From NCBI GenBank assembly GCA_963701295.1, contig OY969585.1:3168001-3232000 (forward strand): a stretch of 64,000 nt of DNA. Direction: 5' to 3'. The DNA is from Ignavibacteriota bacterium. Its GTDB lineage: Bacteria; Bacteroidota; Ignavibacteria; UBA10030. The notes under the pieces are model-generated. The model was not told the origin of the DNA. It worked only from the letters and a program-made list of their open reading frames with translations, and made no database searches. This document shows positions 18,763 through 28,594 of the stretch, one piece after another (within the stretch, counting starts at the first letter, position 1; the number at the start of each line of letters is the position of its first letter). The translations under genes and the position numbers were made by a program.

Positions 18763-19426
18763 ACTAAGGAACGTGTCGGTATCGTTTGACGGTCAACAAG
18801 TTCTCGACCGCCTCAATTTCTCGGTAGAACAAGGTGAGTTTGTATATCTGGTCGGACAAACCGGTACCGGAAAAAGTTCACTCATGCGGTTGTTGTACTT
18901 TGATTTATATCCATCTACCGGAAGAGTGAAGATTGCCAGCTATGATTCTACGACTCTTACGAATCGTCAAATACCGCTCATCCGACGCCGGCTGGGAATT
19001 GTGTTTCAAGATTTTAAATTGCTCGATGATCGAAATGTGTACGATAATGTTGCCTTCGCACTTTTTGTCACGAACGCACGACGAAGTGAAATCAAGAAAA
19101 CAGTTTTGCACGTACTCGCTGATGTTGGCTTAAGTCACAAACGCAATCATATGCCGCATGAGTTGTCAGGCGGAGAACAGCAGCGTGTCGTCATAGCGCG
19201 TGCATTGGTTAACGAACCGATTGTCCTCCTTGCAGATGAGCCGACAGGTAATCTTGACCCAATTTCTTCCGCTGAGATAATGGAACTTCTCAAGAAAATC
19301 AATATGCGCGGGACCGCTGTACTCATGGCAACTCATAATTATGATTTAGTAAAAAAATATCCCGCGCGAGTGGTTCAGTTGAAAGATGGGAAACTGACTG
19401 AAATAGATATGAAGAAAGGAAAATAG
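18755..19426 (+). CDS. ftsE: Cell division ABC ATPase FtsE
   Basis: [43 protein letters not shown]; ATG at 18755. Confidence 0.88.
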   Translation: MIELRNVSVSFDGQQVLDRLNFSVEQGEFVYLVGQTGTGKSSLMRLLYFDLYPSTGRVKIASYDSTTLTNRQIPLIRRRLGIVFQDFKLLDDRNVYDNVAFALFVTNARRSEIKKTVLHVLADVGLSHKRNHMPHELSGGEQQRVVIARALVNEPIVLLADEPTGNLDPISSAEIMELLKKINMRGTAVLMATHNYDLVKKYPARVVQLKDGKLTEIDMKKGK

Positions 19427-19489
19427 GCTGATGACCTCGCATGGTTCTTGCGACGAAGCGATGAGATCCTTGCGAAGGTTTCTCAGAGG

Positions 19490-19720
19490 CTACTTTACCT
19501 GTTCTACACGACGAACCTCTGGGTGCTGTATCATTAACGACCGCTCAATACCTGCCCGCAATGTCATCGACGACATGGGACAACCAACACACGACCCCAG
19601 TAACCGTACCTCAACAATACCGCTTTCTGTGACACGCACAAGCTGAACATCACCCCCGTCGATTGCAAGAAAGATTCGCAGACGTTCAAGGCTTGCTTCA
19701 ATAATTTGCGGCGTTAACAA
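19490..19720 (-). CDS. NifU C-terminal (Nfu) Fe-S carrier
   Basis: DGGDV...LLGSCVGCPMSSMTL (CxxC). Confidence 0.9.
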   Translation of the reverse strand: MLTPQIIEASLERLRIFLAIDGGDVQLVRVTESGIVEVRLLGSCVGCPMSSMTLRAGIERSLMIQHPEVRRVEQVK

Positions 19721-19733
19721 GTTTTTCTCCAGC

Positions 19734-20831
19734 TCAATTCTGATTCGGCAACAATATCTCTATCTTTGGTACCGATGGTATTCCAAGATATTGAATACTA
19801 ATTTGTGCCGCAAGCTGCCTTGCGATGGCTTGAATAATTTTTCCTTGTTGAGAGTCTGGGTCTCCATGTACAATCGGATCACCTTTATCTCCGCCAATGC
19901 GAACTTTGGTGTCAATGGGGATTTCACCAAGGAATGGAACGTTCAACTCATGAGCCATTCGTTTACCACCGCCAATATCAAAGATGTTTTCTCTTTGACC
20001 ACAATGGCTGCAAATGAAATAGCTCATATTTTCAACGATTCCGAGCACAGGCACATTAACTTTATTGAACATCACTAGACCTTTTTTCGCATCGGCAAGA
20101 GCAACATCTTGCGGAGTTGTCACTATCACTGCTCCCGTCAACGGGATCGTCTGAACAAGTGTCAACTGAATATCTCCCGTCCCAGGAGGCATATCGAAGA
20201 TCAGATAATCCAAGTCACCCCAGGTTACATCCGCTATAAATTGTTTTACAGCGCTGCTTGCCATTGGTCCGCGCCAGATAACTGCTTCCATCGGGTTGAC
20301 AAGAAATCCGATCGACATAACCTTGACGCCATACTTTACAAGCGGTTGAAGTTTACCGCCCGATACTTTCGGTTTCTCGTTCATTCCGAACATCAAAGGA
20401 GCACTTGGACCGTACACGTCCGCATCTAATAATCCAACCTTAGCTCCATCCATTGCAAGTGCTACTGCCAAATTCACTGCAACAGTTGATTTGCCCACCC
20501 CTCCTTTTCCACTTGCAATAGTGATCGTATTCTTTACTCCAGAAAGGAAGTCCTCTTTTTGTGCATGCGTATTACGTTGCACATGAGAAGTCATCGCAAT
20601 ATCAATCTTCCCAACTCCTTCGATTGTCATTCGTATAGCTTTCTCGCAATCAATTATGAATTGATCTCGCACCGGACACGCGGGCGTAGTGAGTTGCAGA
20701 TCGAACTTGATATCGCTTCCTTCGATTGTGAGGTTCTTGACAAATCCAAGAGCCACAATATCGCGATGCAAATCAGGATCTTTAACCTTTTTAAGTGATA
20801 ACAAAATATTTTCTTCAGTGAGTTTGAGCAT
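19734..20831 (-). CDS. apbC: Mrp/NBP35 Fe-S carrier ATPase
   Basis: LTTPACP, ASGKGGVGKST, WRGPM, DMPPGTGD, ENMSYFIC. Confidence 0.93.
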   Translation of the reverse strand: MLKLTEENILLSLKKVKDPDLHRDIVALGFVKNLTIEGSDIKFDLQLTTPACPVRDQFIIDCEKAIRMTIEGVGKIDIAMTSHVQRNTHAQKEDFLSGVKNTITIASGKGGVGKSTVAVNLAVALAMDGAKVGLLDADVYGPSAPLMFGMNEKPKVSGGKLQPLVKYGVKVMSIGFLVNPMEAVIWRGPMASSAVKQFIADVTWGDLDYLIFDMPPGTGDIQLTLVQTIPLTGAVIVTTPQDVALADAKKGLVMFNKVNVPVLGIVENMSYFICSHCGQRENIFDIGGGKRMAHELNVPFLGEIPIDTKVRIGGDKGDPIVHGDPDSQQGKIIQAIARQLAAQISIQYLGIPSVPKIEILLPNQN

Positions 20832-20911
20832 TGATATCCTAAATTATTCGTTTACAAATTTTATTTTTGTTAACTCTCTCTACAACGTTTCTTTATTTTG
20901 CCCAGTTCCAT

Positions 20912-22339
20912 CTACCCTTTCATAACACCCATCGGAACCATCTTTGCTACTTTTCGAGCAATACCTGCATAATGAACAACATCAACGACAACACTCACAT
21001 CTTTATATGCTTCCGGCTTTTCTTCGGTCAATCCGCTTTTTGAAGCGCCGCGTATGTGAATCCCTTTTTCTTTGAGTTGGTGAATCAATTGTTCCGCGCT
21101 GATATCTTTTTTTGCTGCGTGCCGGCTCATTGCACGTCCGGCACCATGGCAGGAAGAACCAAAAGTCTCTAACATCGCTCTTTCGGTCCCCACTAAGACA
21201 TAGGAGCTCGTACCCATACTTCCGGGAATCAGTACGGGCTGGCCTATTTCAAAATAATCACTCGGAACATCCCGATGATGTTTTGGGAAAGCACGTGTGG
21301 CTCCTTTCCGATGCACTAATACTTTTAAATTCCTTCCGTTGATACGGTGTTCCTCTTCTTTGGCGATGTTGTGCGCAACGTCGTACACAAGACGGAGACT
21401 GCCAGAACCCATGACACGCTCGAATACTTTTCGGGTCCAATGACTCATTATCTGGCGATTAGCAAATGCAAAGTTTGCCGCTGCTGCCATTGCTTTCAAA
21501 TAAATTTGTCCTTCTTTTGATTTAATTGGTACACATGCAAGCTGCCGGTCTACTACCTTGATGCCATACTTCGGCATCGCTTCCTGCATCACTTCTAGAT
21601 AATCCGTGCATACCTGATGACCGAGACCGCGCGATCCGCTGTGGATCATCACTACAACTTGATTGAGTCTGAGGCCAAACGCCTTCGCCGCTTCTTCATC
21701 AAACACTTCCGTGATATATTGTATTTCGACAAAATGATTGCCGGAACCAAGAGTACCGAGCTGATCGCGTCCGCGCTGCTTCGCACGTTTGCTCACTTCG
21801 TTTGGATCTGCAATGACCATCCTGCCATGTTCCTCAATATGCTCCAGATCGCCTGGCGTTCCATAGCCGTTTTCGACAGCCCAATGCGCGCCGTCGAGGA
21901 GAACTTTATCGAGCTGCGCAAAAGAAATTTCCAATATTCCTGATTTTCCCGTACCGCATGGAATATCACAGAACATCTGATTGAGTAATGAATCAACTTT
22001 TGGTCTCACTTCTTCTAATAAGTAATCGGAAGCGAGCAGCCGCACGCCGCAGTTGATATCAAATCCAACACCACCTGCGGAGACAACCCCTTTTTCTAAA
22101 TCCGCAGCTGCTACGCCGCCTATCGCGAAACCATAGCCCTGATGTGCATCCGGCATTGCGAGAGAACGGCCAACCAAACCCGGAAGCGTAGCAACATTCG
22201 CTACCTGTTTCAGTGTTTCATCCCGCTCGATCGCACTAATAAGTTCTTTACTTGCATAGATCAATCCCTCCACTTTCATTCCATCTCGGAATGATTTGGG
22301 GATTAGATATCGATATTCATCTAACTGCGTAATTGACAT
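20912..22339 (-). CDS. rtcB: RtcB RNA ligase (tRNA-splicing ligase family)
   Basis: MPDAHQGYG, GFDINCG, LGSGNHFVE, HSGSRG, HRKGAT, IPGSMG, HGAGR. Confidence 0.96.
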   Translation of the reverse strand: MSITQLDEYRYLIPKSFRDGMKVEGLIYASKELISAIERDETLKQVANVATLPGLVGRSLAMPDAHQGYGFAIGGVAAADLEKGVVSAGGVGFDINCGVRLLASDYLLEEVRPKVDSLLNQMFCDIPCGTGKSGILEISFAQLDKVLLDGAHWAVENGYGTPGDLEHIEEHGRMVIADPNEVSKRAKQRGRDQLGTLGSGNHFVEIQYITEVFDEEAAKAFGLRLNQVVVMIHSGSRGLGHQVCTDYLEVMQEAMPKYGIKVVDRQLACVPIKSKEGQIYLKAMAAAANFAFANRQIMSHWTRKVFERVMGSGSLRLVYDVAHNIAKEEEHRINGRNLKVLVHRKGATRAFPKHHRDVPSDYFEIGQPVLIPGSMGTSSYVLVGTERAMLETFGSSCHGAGRAMSRHAAKKDISAEQLIHQLKEKGIHIRGASKSGLTEEKPEAYKDVSVVVDVVHYAGIARKVAKMVPMGVMKG

Positions 22340-22342
22340 AGG

Positions 22343-22762
22343 TTAGATGTCCACAAATACACGTGCTATCCAATCGCCATCGTGGTCTTCAACCTTCAAC
22401 TGATGATACGTAATAGCTTTCACATCCAGCTTTAATTCATGTTTCGATACATCGTATGGTTCACCAAGGAGATTGGCTTTCAACAAAGTATCCGTGAGTG
22501 TTTCAAATTTCACATCCGCAGTCAAGAATTTTTCAGCATCGTACAGGTAGAGAATTTCTGTCAACCACCGCACCAACAAGTTTTCACGATCAGTTGCCTG
22601 AAGCTCTATAGACCGAATCTGACGTGATTCAATCTTCGATGTTCCGGCTACAATTGAGATGAAACCATGCACTGCATTCCGAAATATATCCTGCATCGAA
22701 TTGCCGTGCGCTTCGATTCCCAGATCGGACGGGTGTTCGAGAATTTCGAATGGCGGTTTCAC
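22343..22762 (-). CDS. Archease
   Basis: FEILEHPSDLG, VKAITYH, C-terminal VFVDI; immediately upstream of rtcB. Confidence 0.93.
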   Translation of the reverse strand: MKPPFEILEHPSDLGIEAHGNSMQDIFRNAVHGFISIVAGTSKIESRQIRSIELQATDRENLLVRWLTEILYLYDAEKFLTADVKFETLTDTLLKANLLGEPYDVSKHELKLDVKAITYHQLKVEDHDGDWIARVFVDI

Positions 22763-22768
22763 TTCACA

Positions 22769-23680
22769 TCAGACCAGCATTCTGCTGCTCAACTGCTTGA
22801 GTGCTTCAAGATAGAGTGCAGAGGTCTTCAGAATTACATCATCCGGTAATTTGGGCGCAGGCGGCTGCTTGTTGAAATTGATAGACAAAAGATAGTCACG
22901 CACAAACTGTTTGTCGAAACTCTCCTGACCGCGACCGGGCTGATATTTGTCTTTTGGCCAAAACCGTGATGAATCCGGAGTGAGCAATTCATCAATGAGA
23001 ATGAGTTCCCCATTTTCATTTTCGCCAAATTCCATTTTTGTATCGGCAATGATAATGCCTTTCTTTTCTGCAAGCTGCGCTCCGCGTTGATAGATCTTGA
23101 TAGAAATATCGCGCACTTTGTTTGCCAATTCCCTGCCAATAATGCTGCACATCTGCTCGAACGAAATATTTTCATCGTGTTTGCCGATATCTTCTTTGGT
23201 TGTCGGAGTAAAAATTGGCGCCGGCAATTTTGACGATTCCACGAGGCCATTTGGCAAATGAATACCACAAACAATTTTACTTTTTTGATATTCATTCCAA
23301 CCAGTACCTGAGAGATATCCGCGAACAATACATTCCACCGGCAATGGTTTTGATTTTTTCACGAACATGGAGCGATCGCCAAGAACGGTCCAATACGGTT
23401 TGCATTCTAATGGAAAGTCATACACAATAGAAGAGATGACATGGTTCGGAACGATATCTTTTGTCTGCTCAAACCAAAAGTCGGATATCTGTGTTAACAC
23501 TTTTCCCTTGTAGGGGATACCTTCATTCATGACTACATCGAATGCAGAAATTCTATCAGTGGCAACAATGAGCAGTGACTCGCCAAAATCATAGATGTCC
23601 CGCACTTTGCCGCGATTGATCAGTTTCAAGCCGGATAAATTTGTTTGTGTGATAACCGGTTCCAGATAATTGATAGTCAT
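22769..23680 (-). CDS. purC: SAICAR synthase
   Basis: [51 protein letters not shown]. Confidence 0.96.
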   Translation of the reverse strand: MTINYLEPVITQTNLSGLKLINRGKVRDIYDFGESLLIVATDRISAFDVVMNEGIPYKGKVLTQISDFWFEQTKDIVPNHVISSIVYDFPLECKPYWTVLGDRSMFVKKSKPLPVECIVRGYLSGTGWNEYQKSKIVCGIHLPNGLVESSKLPAPIFTPTTKEDIGKHDENISFEQMCSIIGRELANKVRDISIKIYQRGAQLAEKKGIIIADTKMEFGENENGELILIDELLTPDSSRFWPKDKYQPGRGQESFDKQFVRDYLLSINFNKQPPAPKLPDDVILKTSALYLEALKQLSSRMLV

Positions 23681-23688
23681 AGATCCTC

Positions 23689-24288
23689 TTATGCAAATGA
23701 ACAGGTGATGGTAAGTGCTTTTTCCAATCGTTGTAAATATTCAGCGCGTGGAATTTCACGCGCTCCAAATCTCTGCAGGTGTGGTGTAGTGAATTGTGTA
23801 TCCAATAATGTGTACCCTTTTTCTTTCAATCGCATCACAAGATGCACGAGTGCAACCTTTGAGGCATCTTTCATTTTACTGAACATAGATTCGCCAAAAA
23901 AAGCTCCGCGAATCGCAACACCGTAGAGCCCGCCGACAAGCATTCCATCCTTCCACGCCTCAACGCTGTGTGCAATACCGACATGATGCAATTGAACATA
24001 GCTTTTAATGATCGCTTCAGAAATCCATGTCTCTGGCCGTTGTGCACATGCATGCATCACTTCTTCAAATCTTTTATTAATCAGAATATCGAACGGCTTC
24101 TTTTTCAGCGTTAACTTGAGACTGCGCGGAATATGGAATGTATCAAGTTCGAATATCGTTCGTGGATCAGGAGAGTACCAGCCAATTTCTCCTGTCTTCG
24201 GATCAGCCATCGGAAAATAACCATTGCAATATGCCGTACATAAAAACTCCGGATCAATAGTTTTTATATCTGACGAATGTGGTTCCAT
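23689..24288 (-). CDS. aat: Leucyl/phenylalanyl-tRNA-protein transferase
   Basis: [41 protein letters not shown]. Confidence 0.95.
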   Translation of the reverse strand: MEPHSSDIKTIDPEFLCTAYCNGYFPMADPKTGEIGWYSPDPRTIFELDTFHIPRSLKLTLKKKPFDILINKRFEEVMHACAQRPETWISEAIIKSYVQLHHVGIAHSVEAWKDGMLVGGLYGVAIRGAFFGESMFSKMKDASKVALVHLVMRLKEKGYTLLDTQFTTPHLQRFGAREIPRAEYLQRLEKALTITCSFA

Positions 24289-24341
24289 GCAGTGTGAGAG
24301 ATATTACATCCTTCTTTCCTGATATTAAAAATCAACTGCTT

Positions 24342-25436
24342 TTAATCACCAAATGCAGTACCTACAGCCCGAGCAGATGTGATATATTGTGAATCAAGCG
24401 GCACGGTGCGAAGTTTGAGGATTGCTTCTTTAACCGGAACGGCGACAACTTCTGTTCCACGCAAACTGACCATATATCCGAATTTGCCTTGTGCCGCTAA
24501 CTCAAGAGCCATAGCACCGTACCGAGTTGCGAGAATTCGATCATAAGGAGTTGGACTACCGCCCCGGAGAACATGCCCAAGTACGACGACGCGCGTTTCC
24601 AGTCCTGTTGCTGCTTCAATCTTTCGTCCTACCAGATCACCAATGCCTCCGAGACGTACAGGGTCGGTGCGCTTTTTATCCATTTCTTTCACGACAACAT
24701 CGCCTTCGGCAGACTTCGCTCCTTCTGCAACACAAATGATGCTGAAACGATTTCCGCGTTTACTGCGCAAGAGCACATGTTCGTAGACTTTTTCCCACTT
24801 AAAGGGAATCTCGGGAATTAAAATCATATCTGCACCGCCGGCAATTCCTGAACCGAGTGCGATCCATCCCGCATACCGTCCCATCACTTCAACGACCATG
24901 ACGCGATGATGCGCCGAAGCAGTTGTATGAAGACGATCGATTGCTTCCGTCGCAACCCAGACTGCAGAATCGTACCCAAATGTCACGTCTGTTGCAGAGA
25001 GATCGTTATCGATGGTTTTCGGAACGCCGATGAAATTCAGTCCGAGTTCTGTGAATCGATCAACGATATGCATCGTGCCATCCCCGCCGATAGCGATGAG
25101 TGCATCCAGATTCCAATCGCGGTAATTCTGAATGGCCTGGCTCGAATAGTCGAGCACTTCAACACCCTGCGGTGTTTCAACCGGAAATTGAAACGGATTT
25201 CCTTTGTTTGATGTGCCGAGAATCGTGCCGCCAACATTCACGATACCGCCAACATCACGAGGAGTTAATTCACGCATCCTTCCTTCGACAAGACCTTCGA
25301 AGCCATCCAGAATACCGATAACTGTACTGCCGAATTGCGTCATCGCTGGTTTGGCAATGCTCCGAATGACTGCATTCAAACCTGGGCAATCACCACCACC
25401 TGTAAGAATTCCAATTCTCTTAAGAGTACTTTTCAT
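24342..25436 (-). CDS. pfkA: 6-phosphofructokinase (PfkA family)
   Basis: TGGGDCPGLNAVIR, GGDG, PKTIDND, EVMGR, LGHVLRGG. Confidence 0.93.
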   Translation of the reverse strand: MKSTLKRIGILTGGGDCPGLNAVIRSIAKPAMTQFGSTVIGILDGFEGLVEGRMRELTPRDVGGIVNVGGTILGTSNKGNPFQFPVETPQGVEVLDYSSQAIQNYRDWNLDALIAIGGDGTMHIVDRFTELGLNFIGVPKTIDNDLSATDVTFGYDSAVWVATEAIDRLHTTASAHHRVMVVEVMGRYAGWIALGSGIAGGADMILIPEIPFKWEKVYEHVLLRSKRGNRFSIICVAEGAKSAEGDVVVKEMDKKRTDPVRLGGIGDLVGRKIEAATGLETRVVVLGHVLRGGSPTPYDRILATRYGAMALELAAQGKFGYMVSLRGTEVVAVPVKEAILKLRTVPLDSQYITSARAVGTAFGD

Positions 25437-25521
25437 TTTTTATGTCTCACGTATGTCGCTATTTTTTATCTCTTCAAAGATATACAATAGTATTCATTGT
25501 TTCCATCAACGCACACAGACG

Positions 25522-25556
25522 AAAAAGCCCCTCCAGTTGAACTGAAGAGGCCTTTT
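25522..25556 (-). terminator. Putative intrinsic terminator
   Basis: Imperfect GC-rich hairpin with an A-tract on the plus-strand left side, downstream of the 25577-26350 gene. Confidence 0.5.
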
Positions 25557-25576
25557 CCAAAATATTATCGGCCAAA

Positions 25577-26350
25577 TTAAACCGTTGCCTTTGGCATGAT
25601 GCTCTGTTGATATTTTTCACCGAGCCATGCACCGAAGAGTGAAATCATGAATCCTATAAGTAATCCAACAATAAGATACATCGCAGGAACACGAAGAGAA
25701 ACGATGTATCTTAAATACACCCAATCTAAAAGTACTGCGAGCAGTCCTGCAACAGCAGGTTCTTTCAGTGTTACACCCGGTGATTTATATCCCACAAGGA
25801 AACCTGTAATAACGAAGCTTATTATGAAGCCGATAAAAGCAAATTTAAAGAGATGGACAAGAAATATTTTTGACAGAATGAAAACAAATAAGATGTTGAG
25901 CGCAAAACAAATTATTACTCCAACAATTACCCATTTCCAAAGAAATTTTTGATTTTCTGCTTCTGCTGCTGAAGCTTCATCTCCCTGAAGTTTTTCACCT
26001 GCCCAGCCGCCGACCCATGAAAAACCCAAACCGAGGATCAGGAGCAACAAGTTGATCGATGCTGAAAATTGAATTTCAGCTTTGGTGATATAAAGAACAA
26101 AAAGCATCACGAGCATCACGAGCACGCCACCAACTGAGGCTTCGTTAATTGTAATTCCCGGCGAATAATATCCGATAATTGTACCGGTGACAATGAATCC
26201 AACTAACATAACTATTACCTGAACTTGACCACTATGGAATGTCGGCGCTATAATGAAATACGATACCCCAACTATGATAAGTCCGGCAATAACCGATAAG
26301 ATGACCCATTTCCACTGTAACTTTGATTCTTTATGTGCAGTGTGCGTCAT
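25577..26350 (-). CDS. Integral membrane protein with internal duplication
   Basis: Two homologous halves (WKWVI...GYxSPGxTxxE...WxGEK), ~8 TM helices. Confidence 0.8.
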   Translation of the reverse strand: MTHTAHKESKLQWKWVILSVIAGLIIVGVSYFIIAPTFHSGQVQVIVMLVGFIVTGTIIGYYSPGITINEASVGGVLVMLVMLFVLYITKAEIQFSASINLLLLILGLGFSWVGGWAGEKLQGDEASAAEAENQKFLWKWVIVGVIICFALNILFVFILSKIFLVHLFKFAFIGFIISFVITGFLVGYKSPGVTLKEPAVAGLLAVLLDWVYLRYIVSLRVPAMYLIVGLLIGFMISLFGAWLGEKYQQSIMPKATV

Positions 26351-26604
26351 AGTCTTTTTCCTTTCAAAGGTAGTTCATCTGGTGGTTTACAATACTGATG
26401 TTGAATATCTCAAAACAATGAAGGAAAAGCAAGAAATTTGTACGAATTTGGATGGATTTTCATGATGCCTCAATATTATATGTATTTACTTCGAAAACGT
26501 AACAGGCTCTTGGGTATACTATAAAGCTGTTCAAAAAACATGAGTGTGGAAGTGACGGTACAAGCAGGTTTAATACCTTCTTAGATAACCCGCCCCATAA
26601 CCCC

Positions 26605-26620
26605 TGGCATCGTAATTGCT
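26605..26620 (+). promoter_or_regulatory. Putative sigma54 (-24/-12) promoter upstream of the fibre operon
   Basis: TGGCATCGTAATTGCT fits TGGCA-N6-TTGCW (GG-N10-GC). Confidence 0.45.
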
Positions 26621-26656
26621 TTTATCGTGATGAACTTTGGATTAGAAACATTTATG

Positions 26657-26685
26657 TTGACACATCCTTTAAAGTGTTGTACGTT
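26657..26685 (+). promoter_or_regulatory. Putative sigma70 promoter upstream of the fibre operon
   Basis: TTGACA-17 bp-TACGTT. Confidence 0.45.
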
Positions 26686-26971
26686 GTATGCGCTATTCCA
26701 ATAAAGCAGCGATCATTCAGGTTCAATGGGGCAGTAATGAGTCGGTGTGTTGCTTACGTGATAATTTCTAGTCTGTAGATTTACTCATTCACTCCTCATT
26801 ATTTCTTATCGCATAATTTCTACTACAAGGTAAACAGGCATAAATGTCTCCAATCGCTGAAGAGCGTTATACAAGAGAGAGAATATTCATAGTTCAAGAT
26901 AAAAACGCTCAATCAAATCGTTGCAATATCACAAAAACATAAATCATATTAATCAGAAGGAGAAATAAAAC

Positions 26972-28576
26972 ATGAAAACAATTACATTCATCCTGCTTTT
27001 GGCAGTGTGTGCCCTGTCTGCGTATTCTCAAAACATAACCAATACGCTGGGTACGGGTGGGGCATTTATGATCAAAGGTGCATCAAATAGTTATTTGACC
27101 TTAAACCAGACAGACGGGCTTTTTTCTCTGAACAAGAACCTCTCCCTGCTGAATTCAACCGACTCAACAATCGGGTATATTCTAAAACAATGGAGAATTA
27201 GTGCGTATGTCCATTACGAAAGATATATACACAATTTTGCGCCCGTCGGAGCCTATGGTTATAATACATTTGTTGGACTTAATTCGGGAAATTTCACAAT
27301 GTCAGGTACCAGCTCCTCTTCAAGCTATAATACCGGAATTGGTTTTCAATCGCTTCAAAGCCTGACAACCGGCAGTGATAACACAGCAGTGGGGTATCAA
27401 TCTTTAATTTCCAACACGACTGGCATTGATAACACAGCAGTGGGATATCAATCTTTAATTTCCAACACGAACGGCAGTAATAACACAGCAGTGGGATATT
27501 CTTCTTTATGGTCCAGTCCGAGTGGCATGCAAAACACAGCATTGGGGGATGAATCTTTACTATCCAACACAACCGGCAGTAATAACACAGCAGTGGGGGA
27601 CAAATCTTTATCTGCTGACATTTGGACCGCGACCGGCAGTGATAATACAGCATTGGGGAGGAGATCTTCATATGACAATACGTCCGGTAGCTATAACACA
27701 GCAATGGGGGAGAATTCTTTATTTTATAATATGACCGGCTCTTATAACACAGCAGTAGGGGAGAATTCTTTACATTGCGTATCGGCCAACTCCGGTGCTT
27801 ATGGGAATTCATGCTCTTATAACACAGCAGTGGGAGATAATTCTTTATCTTCCAACTGGACAGGCTATTCTAACACAGCAATGGGGGATTATTCTTTATG
27901 TAACGATTCGATCGGTTATTATAACACAGCAGCTGGGGCTGGATCTTTATATTCCAACAAAACTGGCTATTCTAACACAGCAGTGGGGATGAATTCTTTA
28001 TATTCCACGAACAGCCCTGAGAATACAGCTTTGGGAAATTATGCCGGACTCAACGTAACCACAGGCATAAATAATACCCTCATTGGATATGATGCCCAAC
28101 CGATTGCAGGAGCCGTATCCAATACAATCACACTTGGCAATACCTCTGTTATGGTTCTTCGATGCAATGCTCCAATAATTTCTGCTTTATCGGATGCACG
28201 GGACAAGAGAAATATACAAGATCTCAGTTTAGGAATTGATTTTCTCATGAAATTAAAACCACGCCTGTTCAACTGGGATAGAAGAGAATGGTATAAGGAT
28301 AGTAAATCAAATGGGAGCAAGATGCAGAAAACACCGACTGCGGGATTCATTGCACAGGAGCTTGATGAAGCCCAGACAAAAGAGAATGCCGAATGGCTCA
28401 ATCTTGTGTTGAAAGATAATCCTGAAAAACTCGAAGCAACACCCGGCAATCTCCTGCCCGTGATGGTGAAAGCTCTTCGGGAGCTCAAAGCGGAAAATTA
28501 TAAGCTTAAAGATAAACTAGATAAGTATGAACAGATGCAAAATGTTTTAGTAAAAGAAATTGAACAACTACAATAA
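26972..28576 (+). CDS. Secreted repeat fibre protein with C-terminal peptidase S74 (intramolecular chaperone) domain, copy 1
   Basis: Sec signal peptide; many 14-aa NTAVGxxSLxxNTTG repeats; SDARDKRNI...GFIAQE chaperone motif; terminal coiled coil. Confidence 0.85.
   Translation: MKTITFILLLAVCALSAYSQNITNTLGTGGAFMIKGASNSYLTLNQTDGLFSLNKNLSLLNSTDSTIGYILKQWRISAYVHYERYIHNFAPVGAYGYNTFVGLNSGNFTMSGTSSSSSYNTGIGFQSLQSLTTGSDNTAVGYQSLISNTTGIDNTAVGYQSLISNTNGSNNTAVGYSSLWSSPSGMQNTALGDESLLSNTTGSNNTAVGDKSLSADIWTATGSDNTALGRRSSYDNTSGSYNTAMGENSLFYNMTGSYNTAVGENSLHCVSANSGAYGNSCSYNTAVGDNSLSSNWTGYSNTAMGDYSLCNDSIGYYNTAAGAGSLYSNKTGYSNTAVGMNSLYSTNSPENTALGNYAGLNVTTGINNTLIGYDAQPIAGAVSNTITLGNTSVMVLRCNAPIISALSDARDKRNIQDLSLGIDFLMKLKPRLFNWDRREWYKDSKSNGSKMQKTPTAGFIAQELDEAQTKENAEWLNLVLKDNPEKLEATPGNLLPVMVKALRELKAENYKLKDKLDKYEQMQNVLVKEIEQLQ
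27321..28090 (+). repeat. Degenerate 42-bp coding tandem repeats (aacacagcagtggg core)
   Basis: Core recurs with a ~42-bp period; boundaries approximate. Confidence 0.85.
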
Positions 28577-28594
28577 TCAAAGGAGAGATAAAAA

